From positions 44,489,624-44,553,623 of the forward strand of contig JAHRHZ010000019.1 of the NCBI GenBank assembly GCA_024137785.1: a DNA stretch of 64,000 nt, in the 5' to 3' direction. Below are positions 50,106-62,549 of the stretch, one piece after another. The notes beneath the pieces were generated by a model, which was given only the letters and a program-made list of their open reading frames with translations, was not told where the DNA came from and did no database searches. A program made the position numbers and the translations under genes. Every line of letters starts with the position of its first letter. Position 1 is the stretch's first letter. This DNA is from Ginglymostoma cirratum. Taxonomy: Eukaryota.

Positions 50106-52880
50106 CTCACATACATACACATTTGTACTTTTTAAACTGTGAAGGATACCACTTCTGATCTCAGTACGAGGACGAAGCTTTCCTAAAACAGCCGGAAGAC
50201 TCATTTCCCACCCCACGTTATGGCTTCAATTGCAATGTCAGTGAAATCTTCCTGCAATTGTGCCTTGACATTGACAGATCCACATACATGCAGTTCTTTC
50301 AGTATGGATATATGGTGGGGACAGGATATGTCGGGTATAATTTTAAACTTTGGATGGCAGCATTAAAAATCTATTGCACCGCATGCGGTAAGTGGCCCTG
50401 CAAAGTGACAGCAGAGTCTGCCTCCAGTGGTCCGAGAAGCTCTGATTTTACTTTACATGATTCAAGCAATTATCGACCTGAAGTTGTGGATTCTGTCCTT
50501 CTGAGACAGGAGGTTGGAAACTGCAAGCCATATCAGTGGGCGAAATGGTGGCCTGGAAGAGAATGGAACTGTGCCCGCCCCGCAACTATATCCCCACCCC
50601 ACCCTCAACTGATCCAGCCATTGAATAAGGAGCAATTCAGCCAATTTGTGGACTCCATGTGGGTTCCCAGCCCACATCTACGTGAAACAATGGGCTACTC
50701 ATCCAATGGCTTTGCAATCGAGGCATGGAGCAGGAGGGTCAGAAGTAGCCAGAGTGTGAATTATTAAAGGGGCAGCTGGCACCACTCTGCGCGCATTGGT
50801 CAACCTCACCCATTTCACGAGGAGGAAAGGAGGATTATGTATTGTGTAGGGAAGCTGTGTATCTCACTGGAGGAGAGTCTTAAATGTCTTTTCTCACCTG
50901 AAGGGAGTAATTATTAAGGTTTCTTATCAAAGATGAAGAGATTAATCCGAAGAAAAAAAGTGGGAAAGTCGGCAGGGAGAAACGTTGCTGGATCAGAGTG
51001 ACCACAGGTGTGTTTCCCTAAGCAGCAGAGGGATGTCAGAATATACAGTCAGAAAGGTGAAAGGAGAATCCCTGTGGTTTGATGAGGACTCTGTGAGAGC
51101 CCTGTCTAGGCCAACAGCAGAAAGTGACAGCTCCTCATGCCAGCTGATCATTTAAGGACACCTCCCAGCTTCTCTCCCAAAAATAATCTGGATGGAGTTT
51201 GCAGTGGAGGTCAGCAACAGTGGCATCACTATTTGGATCTGGAAGTAGAGTTGAAAGCAAATGAACGATTGACTGAGATCAGCTGTAAAGCTTAATCACA
51301 GAAGTGGGCATAGAAGGAAAGGTAATTTAAAGGTGCCATCTTGGCATTGAATTGTCTGGCACCCAGAGGTGTGAGGGGAGAGGATATAGGCATTACAATA
51401 GAGAAAGGCCAGGGGATGATGAGGGGTTTGCAAATGTGATGGGTGGTGATTGGAAAGACAATGGCTGGAGCACTGTCATTGCCTGGCACAAGGTGGAGGA
51501 ACCACATTTTGTTCCTGCACCCGTTTGAGTGTGACTGAGGTACCACATGATCAGACCGGACCAATTCATGACGGCCCAGGGTAGGGGCTCGCACCTCAAG
51601 GCCGAGGAAAACTCAAGCTGGTGAGGGTACTGCCCACTCCCCCTTGCAGCTACCACAGACAAAGAAATGGAGACGGCTTCTGGGATGGCAGTCAGAGGAT
51701 TGAAGGTGTTGGTCCAGATGCTGAATCCCAGTGGGTATGATGAGTCACTGGAGTATGCATGAGAAAGATGCTGAATGTCCAGCCAGACCGGCTTGGAGAT
51801 ATGGCTGGGTTACGAGAGGATTTCCTTGCTATGGCAAGGACTTTGGAGGTGTCCATCCAGATGTTAAGCACTGCATTCCCCCAGTCGTCAGAGTGCTCTG
51901 CCTCTGCCCTGGTCAGGATGGTGACTGCCTTAGAGGGCCAGGTCCAGCTGATTACAGAAGCACTGAGAGGTGTTATGACCAGGACTCTATCACCCTCAGG
52001 CTGGGTCCTCGGGATGTACTACCAAGGCCACAGAGGAACCAGAGGCTGGACACACAACATTGTCCCTCCCGGGTAAGCATGGAACTACCGTCAGACCTCA
52101 ATGCCAGTGAGCAGGTGGTTCCACCTGCAAGTTCCTCTCAAGGTATTTCTGATGGACACATAACACTTCCCTCCACCACTAGGCCTTTGACCAAACCACA
52201 GTCTGTTTCTGCAGAGACAGGAGGTATCTGATCTTGAACATTATCCATGGCTGTTCCCTTGTGGCCAAAGCAAGTTAGAGAACGACATCCAAATATACCT
52301 AGCACAGAGCTTGAAAACAAGTCTAAATATCACTATCGATAATCACAAGTTGTTCAATTTTGCTGTCCTTTGATCACCCCAAATTGTGAAGGGGGTTTTG
52401 TCCAGTAAACATTTGTTTTATTTGCACCAGGTGTAAATTCATAGCTTTATTAATGCTTTAAGTTAGAGAAGAAACACAAAGTAATGAGTAGCAGATAATT
52501 CAAGATGTTAAAATAGATGTTGGATGGATTTGAGTTAAGTGTTGGCTATTGTCCCGAGTTATAATGTGAACATTCTTTCATTAGGAGGTGGTCTGGTGAC
52601 ACTGCAGCTAGACTGCAGGCTGTTCAGATCTGTACAGTGTGTATTCTCCTGAAACATCCGCATTATTAATATATCATGTATCTCATTGCCATCAAGGTGA
52701 TCCATTGCAGGGCCCTTCATCTGTCCTAATATAGTTTGTCAATGCTTTAGGGGAGTTAATCAGAGGATTCAATGTCATCTTGTGGTTCCTCTTCCTCCAT
52801 AGCATCCCATCCATGCAATGTACAGTTGTATCCTTATCCCCAAGCAGCCCAATTTCCAAAGCATCATGCCTGTTGACCCA

Positions 52881-54118
52881 GATAACAAGGCGTGGGGCTG
52901 GATGAACACAGCAGGTCAAGCAGCATCATAGGAGCAGGAAAACTTGACGTTTCGGGCCTAGACCCTTCATCAGAAATGGGGGAGGGGAAGAGGGTTCTGA
53001 AATAAATAGGCAGAGAGGGGGAGGCGGATAGAGGATGGATAGAGGAGAGGATAGGTGGAGAGGAGACAGACAAGTTGAAGAGGCGGGGATGGAGCCAGTA
53101 AACGTGAGTGTAGGTAGAGGGGTAGGGAGGAGATAGGTCAGTCCAGGGAGGACGGACAGGTCAAGGGGGCGGGATGATGTTAGTAGATAGGAGATGGGGG
53201 TGTGGCTTGAGGTGAGAGGGAGAACAGGTTCGGGAGGCGGGGACGAGCTGGGCTGGTTTTGGGATGCGGTTGGGGGAGGGGAGATTTTGAAACTTGTGAA
53301 ATCCACATTGATGCCATTGGGCTGCAGGGTTCCCAGGCTGAATATGATTTGCTGTTCCTGCAGCCTTCGGGTGGCATCACTGTGGCATTGCAGGAGGCCC
53401 AGGATGGACATGTCATCTGAGGAATGGGAGGGGGAGTTGAAATGGTTCGCGACTGGGAGGTTCATTGTTTGTTGCGAACTGAGCGCAGGTGTTCTGCAAA
53501 GTGGTCCCCAAGCCTACGCTTGGTTTCCCCGATGTAGAGGAAGCCACAACGGGTACAGCGGATGCAGTATACCACATTGGCAGATGTGCAGGTGAACATC
53601 TGCCTGATGTGGAAAGTCTTCTTGGGGCCTGGGATTGGGGTGAGGGAGGAGGTGTGGGGGCAGGTGTAGCACTTCTTGCGGTTGCAGGGAAAAGTGCCGG
53701 GTGTGGTGGGGCTGGAGGGGAGTGTGGAGCGGACAAGGGAGTCGTGGAGGGAGTGGTCCCTCCGGAAGGCAGATAAGGGTGGGGAGGGGAAAATGTCTTT
53801 GGTGGTGGGGTCTGATTGCAGATGGCGGAAGTGTCGGAGGATGATGCGTTGGATCCGGAGGTTGGTGGGGTGGTATGTGAGGACGAGGGGGATTCTTTTT
53901 TGGTTATTCTTGCGGGGACGGGGCATGAGGGATGTGTTTCGGGAAATGCGGGAGACACGGTCGAGGGCGTTCTCGACCACTGTGGGGGGGAAGTTGCGGT
54001 CCTTGAAGAATGAGGACATTTGGGATGTACGGGAGTGGAATGTCTCATCCTGGGAGCAGATGCGGCGGAGGCGAAGGAATTGGGAATAGGGGATGGCATT
54101 TTTGCAGGAAGGTGGGTC
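52881..54118 (-). mobile_element. Young 5'-truncated Penelope-like retroelement (RT thumb/linker, GIY-YIG endonuclease, pLTR)
   Basis: KNAIPYSQFLRLRRICS...RIPLVLTYHP...CNRKKCYTC...TCTSANVVYCIRCTRCGFLYIGETKRRLGDHFAEHLRSV. One frameshift near 53463, then LPVANHFNSPSHS...EQQIIFSLGTLQPNGINVDF. Confidence 0.93.
52942..52977 (-). ncRNA. Minimal type I hammerhead ribozyme motif, intact core
   Basis: Minus strand: attt-CTGATGA-a-gggt-ctag-gccc-GAAA-cg-TC-aagt, in the 3' terminal repeat of a GIY-YIG Penelope element, where such ribozymes are known to occur. Confidence 0.75.
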
Positions 54119-54899
54119 AGTCTCATAATCTGAAGGTCGTGAGATGCCTATTGACGCAGCCTGGTACTTTATAGTTCCTCAACATCAAAGAGACATGATC
54201 ACTGCCTGAATACCTGGCACGTATTTGTTGCTGATGGTCACACACTAATTGGGCACTGACAGAATGAAAAGCTTTCCTGTTGGTGATTGCACAGGGGTAG
54301 CCTGCAGCTGGTTTGTTGGGTTGTGAGATAGTTAGTCTATGAAAGTACTTGTGAAGCTTGTTATTGCAGAAAAAAAGAAGAAAAAAATCCTCAGGCTCTT
54401 TCAGACTAGCTGTAGTGGTTAATTGCAAGTTCAATAAATTGTTCAGCACATTTGGTTGTTTAGGCCGCAGCTGGAGTACAGTGTGCAGTTGTGGAATCCA
54501 CATTATAGGAGGGATGTGATAGCATTGGAGACAGTGCAGTGGGGTTTTACTGGACTGGAGAGTTTTAGCAATGAAGAAAGATTGGACAGACTCGGCTTAT
54601 TTATCTGGAAACAGAGGAGAGGGAGGAATATAATTGAGATGTATAAAATCATGAGAGGCATTCATGAAGTAGACAAGGAGGAGATTTACTCCTTGGTGGA
54701 GGGATCAATGATTGGGGGCATAGATTTAAGGTAAGGGGCAGGTGGTTTAAAGAAATGTTAGGAAAAAATATTTCACCCAGAGGGTGGTGGAAATCTAGAA
54801 TTCACTGCCTGTAAAGATGGTGGAGGCAGAAACCCTCATAACATTGAAGATGCAGCCAGATGTACACTTGCAATGACAAACCATAGAAGGCTTGTTGTA

Positions 54900-55362
54900 T
54901 TCATTTCAGGGATGTGGGCATCGCTGGCTGGCCAGCATTTCCTGACCATCCCTAGGTGCTCTTGACAAGGTGGTGGTGAGCTGCCTTTTTGAACCACTGT
55001 AGTCCTCCTGCTGTGGGTTGACCCACAATGCTATTAGGAGGGAATTCCAGGATTTTGACCCAGCGACAGTGAAGGAATGGCGATCAATTTCCAAGTCAGG
55101 ACGGTGAGTGACTTGGAGAGGAACTTGGAGGTGGTGGTGTTCCCATATGTCTGCTGCCCTTGTCCTTCGAGATGGAAGTGGTCGTGGGTTTGGAAGGTGC
55201 TGTCTGAGGATCTTTGGTGAATTTCTGCAGTGCATCTTGTAGATAGTACACACTGCTGCTACTGAGCGTCAGTCGTGGAGGGAGTGAATGCTTGTAGATG
55301 TAATGCCAATCAAGCGCGCTGTTTTGTCCTGGATGGTGTCAAGCTTCTTGAGTGTTGTTGGG
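54900..55362 (-). mobile_element. CR1/L2-group LINE 3' end nested in the CR1 fragment
   Basis: ORF reads CTIYKMHCRNSPKILRQHLPNPRPLPSRRTRAA. Same family as 35960-36385. Confidence 0.8.
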
Positions 55363-55429
55363 GTAGGCCAAGTGCTATAAAATGGGATAAGGGTAGTTAG
55401 GTGGTTGTTTTTGATCAGCACAAGTCATA

Positions 55430-55925
55430 GTAGTATTGTAGAAGAGAGGGACCTCTGGGTTCAGGCACATAATTCATTGAAGTTTGTGTCACATATAGAC
55501 AGTGTGGTTAAAAGGGCATTTAGCACTCTTGCCTTCATTGCTCAGTCCTTTGAGTAAGGGAGTTGGGAAATCATAGAAGTTATATAAATTCATAAAAGGA
55601 TGAGGGATTATAGATAGAGTTAATGGTAGTTGTCTTTTCCCTAGGATGGGGGATTTCAAGACTAGTGGACAAAATTTTAATGCGAGAGGAGAGAGATTTA
55701 AAAAAAAAGACATGAAGTTTTTTTTACACAGAGGGTGGTTCATGTGTGGAATGAGCTTTCTGAAGAAGTGGTGGATGTGAGCATGATTACAATGTTTAAA
55801 AAGACATTTGGATAAGCACATGAACAGGAAAGGTTTGGAGGGATATGGGAGCAGGAAGGTGGGACTAGTTTAGTTTGGGATTATGTACCGGTTGGCCCGA
55901 AGTCTCAGTTTCCATGCTGTATGAC
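55430..55925 (+). mobile_element. Second CR1/HER1 LINE 3' fragment nested in the first
   Basis: Closely similar to 16320-16620 (cttttccctaggatgggggattt...tttttacacagagggtggtt...aagacatttggata). Confidence 0.85.
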
Positions 55926-57265
55926 CCTTTGGGCCAAATGGCCTTTTTCTGCGCTGTATAACTTTATACCTCTATTGGAACAATAGATCTGTGAACATCT
56001 GAATGTAACAATGAGCTGTAGGTTGGATAACTCTACATAGGTCATTACACTGAGCCTGAAAAGATCCACAAAGAAAATCTAAGGGCCACGGTCAGCTTTA
56101 TACCCACTGGTACTATTTATCCCATGACACAGATGGAACCTCTTCCCCCAGCCAGCATGTCACCAAGAGATCTTACAGGCGCTCTGGAGACCATCAGTCT
56201 TCCTCAGCACTGGGACATTTGCAAGTAGTCCAATTTATCTTTGTAAACTCAGTTGGCCACATAATGCCCTCTAACGCACCTTTGAAGTTCCATCATTCTC
56301 TCCTCTGTTGACCTTTCATCCTATACATGAAGGGCAATACTGACTCCTTTAGATCAATCCTGCAGCTGTGCTACTCCCTTTCCCATTCACCCTCTCCTCC
56401 TTACTGCAGTTTGGTGTCCCACATATAAAAAATACTACTATCCCCACTTCCAGAGTACCTCACAGAATGAAATACTGATGATACAGCAATTATGAAAAGC
56501 AAGTGGCTGCAGGTTTCAAGTATTCTACACTCATATTAACAAAAAACAGATTTCAGTTAAACTTCCACTCGGAAGTGCTGACGTCTACCAGCTGGCTAAA
56601 CTGCTGAAGTGTGCCATTGCTTCCAGCAGCTGCTTTTCAATCTGCTCTGACAAGGAAAGTGATTAAAAGTTGAGTTCACAGCATGGCTCCATCACACCCA
56701 GAGACCGCATTGTAGCTGACTGCATATTTCTTTGCAGAGGATTGCTGTCCTAATGAGCTGTAAAGCTCAACAATTTTCAACCTTTGTTGAGTGAGTTCTT
56801 GACTTCCAGGGTCACTTGCCCGCTGTGTTCCCATGGGAATGTGCCCAGCGTCACGCACCAGTTATTACATTAATGTGGGTGGACAACAGAACCCCTAGCC
56901 TGGCAAGGTAACTTTCTGCCCAGCATATCCGTCTCTAAGAACTGCTAACATTCAGAGGACCAGCAGTTCCACAACTCCAGCAGGGACCACTACAGAGACT
57001 TCAGACCACAGGTTTCCCTGGGGGCTGGAAAATAATTGAGCTGAAATTCCCAAGGGGAGATAATGTCTTCCAAAACCTTCCCGAATGATCAGCTAGACCA
57101 CCAGATTTGCGAGTCAAGCAACACACGTTATGTTGTAAATCAAATAACGCAGAAGATGAGTCACACAGTGTCTTCAAATCACAAGATGTCCTATTTGAAA
57201 AAGTGCTCATCGTCACAGTGGAATGTTCAGAGGCATTTAAACAGTTTTCCAGTGAATTAGTGAAT

Positions 57266-57282
57266 GAGAGAGAGAGAGAGAG
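57266..57282. repeat. (GA)n microsatellite
   Basis: gagagagagagagagag. Confidence 0.8.
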
Positions 57283-58404
57283 TGTATGCATGTGACTGAA
57301 TGGCTGAGTGAATTGTGAGTGGGGAGGATGTGAGAGGGACCAGGATTGTCTTGGTGAGTAGGATATGTCAGACAAATGGAGTGGGATTGAATTAGGTAAG
57401 TGGAAGAGTTGCAGCTGGCTGGGGTGGCAGCTGGGTATGGTAGCAGGCAGGTGAGGTGGATAGTCAGGTCGGGAGGGATTAACAGGTTGGGGTGAGAGTC
57501 AGAGGGTTGAAGGGGTGGATGGTGTGCACCAGTCAGCAAAAGTCTGGAGGTGGGTAGAGTCTAGTCAGGTCCCATCTGCTCGGGGAGTCAGTGTTGAAGG
57601 GGTGTAAGGTGGGCAGCGAAGGACATCGTGGAGGAGGTGACTGTACAGTTACTGAGGAGTTAGAATAAGATTTTTCCATCGAACATTTTCAGGGTCATTA
57701 TCCAACCATGTAAAGAGGAAAAAAACAACTGCACGTGTCGGAGATGTGAAATAAAAACTGAAATTGCTGGAGAAACTCAGCAGCAATTCTGTTATTGATA
57801 CAGCTAAGTCAGAGCAGTTCAAGATCCCCGAATATAACTCAGAGCCAAAGAGATTGTCGTAGGGGCCCTGGAGCAGAGCAGTTGCTGTTGACAACTTGCC
57901 CGGAAATTCCCATTGAGTGAGTTAATCAGGAATTTCAAGGCGTTCTGGTATCAATCTTGGATCATATGTCCTGTCTTGGACTATTTGCAAACTGGAAGAT
58001 CTGGATTAGTTATTTTAAATTATTTTTAAAAATAATAAAAGTGAAGGAAGCTTTATTTATGATATTTATGGTGTAATGGCCAGTGAAATCAAAGCACCAG
58101 TACACATGCCTTAACTTGTATTCACTAGAAATCAACGATGTGAACTCCCTGGACATGCAATACCTTCGAGATAAACTGTTTATCGGAAATTTATAGAAAA
58201 CATTTCCACGTTGAAGAGGCAATTACACAAGAGTTACTTGTGCAAATTTATTTTGCATAACAAAATTTGAATAATCACGTATATAAATCCAAATGAAAAT
58301 GTGTGGAATGAGCTAGAAACATGGAAATTGCAAATGTGGCCATTAAAAACAGTTCAGTTTGAACACTTCAGAATTAGACTGAAATACAGCATGGTATGTA
58401 AGAA

Positions 58405-58578
58405 TAAAACAGAAGGAAGAACTGTAGATGCTGAAGACCCGAAACAAAAACAGAAATTGCTGGACGAACTCAGCAGGTTTGGCAGTATCTGTGCAGAGAA
58501 AGTAGAATTAATATTTCAATTCCAGAAGACAGGTCACTGGAGTTGCAACGTTGACATTGCTTTCTCTCCACAGATGAA
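58405..58578. mobile_element. Old, partly palindromic Penelope terminal remnant
   Basis: gaactgtagatgctg...ctcagcaggtttggcagtatctgtgcagagaaag followed by the inverted ctttctctccacagatg. Confidence 0.6.
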
Positions 58579-59559
58579 AAGGAGGATGCAGAGTTTGTTG
58601 TCTTCATTTAACATTCAGACTATTCAGATTAACATTATTTCTGCTTATTTGCTCTATCTTTTCATCGTGCTTTTGAAGAATTATGAGTATGAGCCAGCAC
58701 ATTATTTATCTTTCAATGCATTAAATGCTTTTGAAATATGTAACCGTTTATTTATTTTATGTTAATGATTGTAAACTAGTTGTGGCTCTGAAACTTTGTT
58801 TCATGGTAATAACCTGGAATATCAGAGTTGAAAGAAACACCCTGACAAAAGACACGTTCATAGTGGATTTGAGGATGCAAGGCAGGATGGTCAATTTCGT
58901 CGAGAAACAGCCTTACCAATACCAGCAAGGTGTACAAAACAAATTAAACTGGACAATAAAGCTGTCCTCAAATCGAGATAATAGACATTTTTGTGCTCGA
59001 GACAATAATCATGCCTCCATCACCACAGCCCTTGTGATTGATAACAATGTTAGAGATAACGAAACAAACAGCCTGCATTTGTTCAAGTGTGGTTTAGGGA
59101 GGTGAATAGAGGCTTCAGGACAGGAGTCATCTGGCATGACATAATGGAATTAAGAAATAGAGAAAAATGGACAATGGACAAACCAATTGTTACTTTATAT
59201 GGCACAGTGCAATATCAAAAAAACTGGCAGAAAAGAAGTCAGTCATTGAGGTTGCATTGTGAAGGGCGATCTGGCCAATCACTCTGAAGCCACATAGGAA
59301 AGGCCCCATCAACGGAGACAAACTCCAGCTGGCAAGGTTGCTAAGTAATTGGTATCTTCATAATATACCAATGCTCGTGGGTTTCATAAAAATACATCAT
59401 ACTTCATGGGACAATATCCAAGTTGCTTTAAGTCATGAATCGCCAAAGGAAAGGCTTTAGACCGAGTAGATAGCTATACATGGTAGTACCTATACAAAGC
59501 AATCAGATACAGTAACAGTGCATGGCAAAAGAATTCAAATCTATTAGCCTTCCTGAAGG

Positions 59560-59680
59560 AAAGTGAGAAGCAAGAGACACTGACTCCTCAGTGTCTGCGC
59601 CACCAAGCCATCTACGAGTATCACTCAGGTCACCTTGAGATAGGTTTAAAACGGTGCTGACCCCAGGAATTCAGAGCAGT
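59560..59680 (+). mobile_element. Gypsy integrase zinc-finger remnant
   Basis: Translates TPQCLRHQAIYEYHSGHLEI, resembling the IP..LR...L...H.GHLGI integrase motif. Flanking extent uncertain. Confidence 0.45.
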
Positions 59681-59782
59681 GTCAAAAGAAGTTGAACAGC
59701 TCCTCAGGCAAAGCAAAGTAAATGTCAGACATTCGATCTTCACTCTATTGCTCAACACTACAGTCATTGCCCTCAGACTCTT

Positions 59783-60122
59783 TTTTTAATTCATTCACAG
59801 GACGAGGGTATTGCTGGCTAGGCCAGCATTTATTGCCCATCCCAGAGGGCAGTTAAGTGTCATCCATGTTGCTGTGCATCTGGAGTCACATTTAGATCAG
59901 ACCAGATAAGGATGACAGTTTCCTTCCCTAAAGGATATTTGTGAGCCACATGGGTTTTTCCCAACAATCAACACTGATTATCATTAGATTCTTAATTCCA
60001 GATTTTTACTGAATTCAAATTTCACCATCTGCCAAGGCAGGACTTGAACCCAGGTCCCCAGGACATCACTCAAGTTTCTGGATTAACAGTCCAGCAATAA
60101 TACCCCTAGGCCATCAGCTTCC
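59783..60122 (-). mobile_element. Shark SINE, same family as 9962-10300
   Basis: Reverse complement aligns with 9962-10300 and includes the B-box-like gggttcaagtcc. Confidence 0.75.
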
Positions 60123-61710
60123 AAATGTAACATCTAAATGAATCTCCAGGGGACCTCATGACAGTTAAAAAGTTGAGAATGAGGACAAAAGGGCCAAAAT
60201 ATGTTCCTTGGCCTTGGCCAATGTACCACAACATCTAGAGCAAACAAATGCTTGGCATCACAGGGATTGTGAGGCTGGAATATAAACTGATTTCTCAAGA
60301 CCCCGGAGCTCACCATTATTTAAATGCTGCATGGTGACTGAAGAAAACTGTCAGGAGTAGGGTGAGTCAAGAAAATTTCTTAATTTTGGGGCTGGAATGA
60401 CAAGCTACCCATTGTGCAGCAGCTATCGGAAACACTTATTGGTAACAAGCCCTCCTGCAACTGGGTTAATCCATTTAACAGAATCAACTGGCCGTAGGGT
60501 GGGAAGGTCAACCACGGATCTTCCAGCCAGTGCATAATCCTGATGGACCTGAGGTGGCATCTGTGTTTGGATACGCTACCAAATCACCTTCAACATTGAG
60601 GAGCAAAATGTGTAGCCTTGTATGTGCATTTGCTAATTGCATTTAAAAGAAATGTAACATTCACCTGATTGAGAGGGAAGTAAGTTTAATAGACTCAAAG
60701 TAATGGACTCCCACATCCGCTGTAATATATAGTAACTGTTGACCTTGTTCACTTTCCAGGGACTCAGAACAACATGAAATAAGTCACAAACTGTACCCAT
60801 TGAAGTACAGTACTAGTAAGTTTAAATGTTCTTTATATTAACAGAACATGATTTCACATAAAATATAAAATTAATAACAGAAGCATCCTACAAAGAAACC
60901 CTTGAACAGTGGGTGCCTGTTGAAAAGTAAATCTGAATTTGAAATTCATATTACGTCACACAAATATTCCTCTTACGTTAAAACAATACTCTTCAGTATG
61001 ACGAGAATAAATAATTATTCTTTTTTAAAATTTCAAGCTATCTCTAATGACCCTTTTGAAATGGGTATATCGGTTTGCAAGTTGTAAAGACTTCTGTGAG
61101 CATAAAGCAAAACTAATTTTAGAGAATTTTTAATTTTTAATTTGAAATATTAAGTGTAAATATTTACTACAATTCCTTATTTTACCTACTCAGGCACATA
61201 GACAGTAATGATACTTCTGAGAGTTTGCTCCCAGCAGGAGTTAAGATTATTTTCTGCTGTGGTATTTTGAGTGATTACTAATTGGCATGTTTTTAGAAGT
61301 GCCTTGGTTTGGAGCAAAATATCGAAGCAAATTTTCTCTTTTGCCTTCAGAGCTAAAAGTTGTACATAGTGGAGCAAATAGCTTTCATGAATTATATGCA
61401 CCGTGATTTGTCCCTAAAGGGATGAATCAGTTAATAGCATTTTTACTTTGCTATTTCCATATCGATAAGGTAATTTCTCATCATATGTACAGCATCGAGA
61501 GGAGTATATAGTTGGTGGAAGATCAATTGAACTATGATGGATTTGGCAATGAATCAACTACAAATTAATGTTTGTTTAGAAACAGCATGAAATTCTTAAC
61601 AGTTTCTAGGACCAACAAAATACTTTAAGAATACGATTAACAGTTAGTATATACTATGAGAAATATTGAAGTGCATCCAAGGGTTACAAAGCCACCAGAA
61701 ACTTTATTAC

Positions 61711-61833
61711 CTTCAATAGGTTGTAGTTCATCCACTATCAGCTTCAGGGACTTTCCTCGGCGACTTACACGAACAGTGTGCCATTCATTGTCATTGAGAT
61801 TTTGTCCAGCAAAAAGCATTTCTGGACCCTTGC
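61711..61833 (-). CDS. NRXN1: Neurexin-1 alpha internal exon (123 bp, LNS4; the exon after splice site SS3)
   Basis: Minus strand reads tatgcag|GC AAG GGT CCA...ATT GAA G|gtaata and translates [40 protein letters not shown], matching the neurexin motif [21 protein letters not shown]. Phase 1 to phase 1. Confidence 0.96.
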
Positions 61834-62549
61834 CTGCATAAGAATATGGCAATGGATGATTAGGTTGTGAATTCCATTCTAATCTTATTACATTTCCTTA
61901 GACTTGAACCCCAGTGAATGAATAAAAGTACTTGAGAAAGGAAAGCAATATTAAAAACCATAACAAAACTATGCTTTACATCCTTATTCTAGGACAAGTC
62001 AAGAAAAAAAAAAGCATATTATGAAATCATGCATATCAATACATACTTAAAATACCAGTACAATTGTCTGTCATGAATAGGCACAAGTGTCTCCTTCATT
62101 ACAGGAAGTCCGTTTTTCACCACTCAACTTATTATTACCTTGGCAATTATTTAACTGAATTTGGAACAATTTCACACTTTGGATATAATAACATCCAACA
62201 ATCATGAAGCTTATATATTGCTGAACTATCCTTTCCAACTGTGCATCAGAATCCTTTGAAATTTCATTTACATTCCACTAATCTAGTCTCAATTTCCACT
62301 CAAGTACAAAATGCAAGGATAGTGTAATGATTTCATGCATTATTTTATAAACTTCCATCTACTTTGGACATCCTCCCCTCAGTTGCATTATTGCTGACAA
62401 AGCTATCAACTCTGTTGAAGTATCTTCCTTGATCCCTTTTCCCTTGCCAAATGTTTCCCAAGTTTCTACGGTCTCCACTGAAACTACCCTTTGAACTGAA
62501 ATGAAACAAAAGACTGCAGATGCTGGAAATCTGAAACAAAACCATAAAG

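Larger units (their letters stand above)
51050..54335. mobile_element. Decayed PIF/Harbinger DNA transposon: Myb/SANT-like gene (+) converging on a transposase gene (-)
   Basis: Minus strand ~54180-54290 gives NRKAFHSVSAQLVCDHQQQIRARYSGSDHVSLML (Harbinger/HARBI1 NRKG-HS-NVQ-VCD...PGS-HD motif), and ~52830-52855 gives GLLGDK. Plus strand ~51185-51275 gives IWMEFAVEVS...W...KQMND, resembling the Myb/SANT domain. The element may extend to ~57000. Confidence 0.65.
54455..55975 (+). mobile_element. CR1 LINE 3' fragment split into three pieces (54455-54892, 55363-55428, ~55928-55975)
   Basis: RPQLEYSVQLWNPHYRRDVIALETVQ...ERLDRLGLF. The 3' UTR pieces are collinear with the copy at 25775-26052. Confidence 0.8.

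Noticed and set aside
50258-52231. Long plus-strand ORFs (169 aa, 166 aa) as new genes
   Set aside because: They start at non-ATG codons, have no recognisable domain, and lie in or beside a decayed Harbinger element.
53413-54126. 237-aa Pro/Ser-rich ORF and its antisense ORFs
   Set aside because: These are alternative frames of the GC-rich Penelope ORF.
52866-54155. atgcctgttgac / atgcctattgac as a target-site duplication of the long Penelope copy
   Set aside because: There is one mismatch, and the right copy is about 25 nt from the element end, so it cannot be distinguished from chance.
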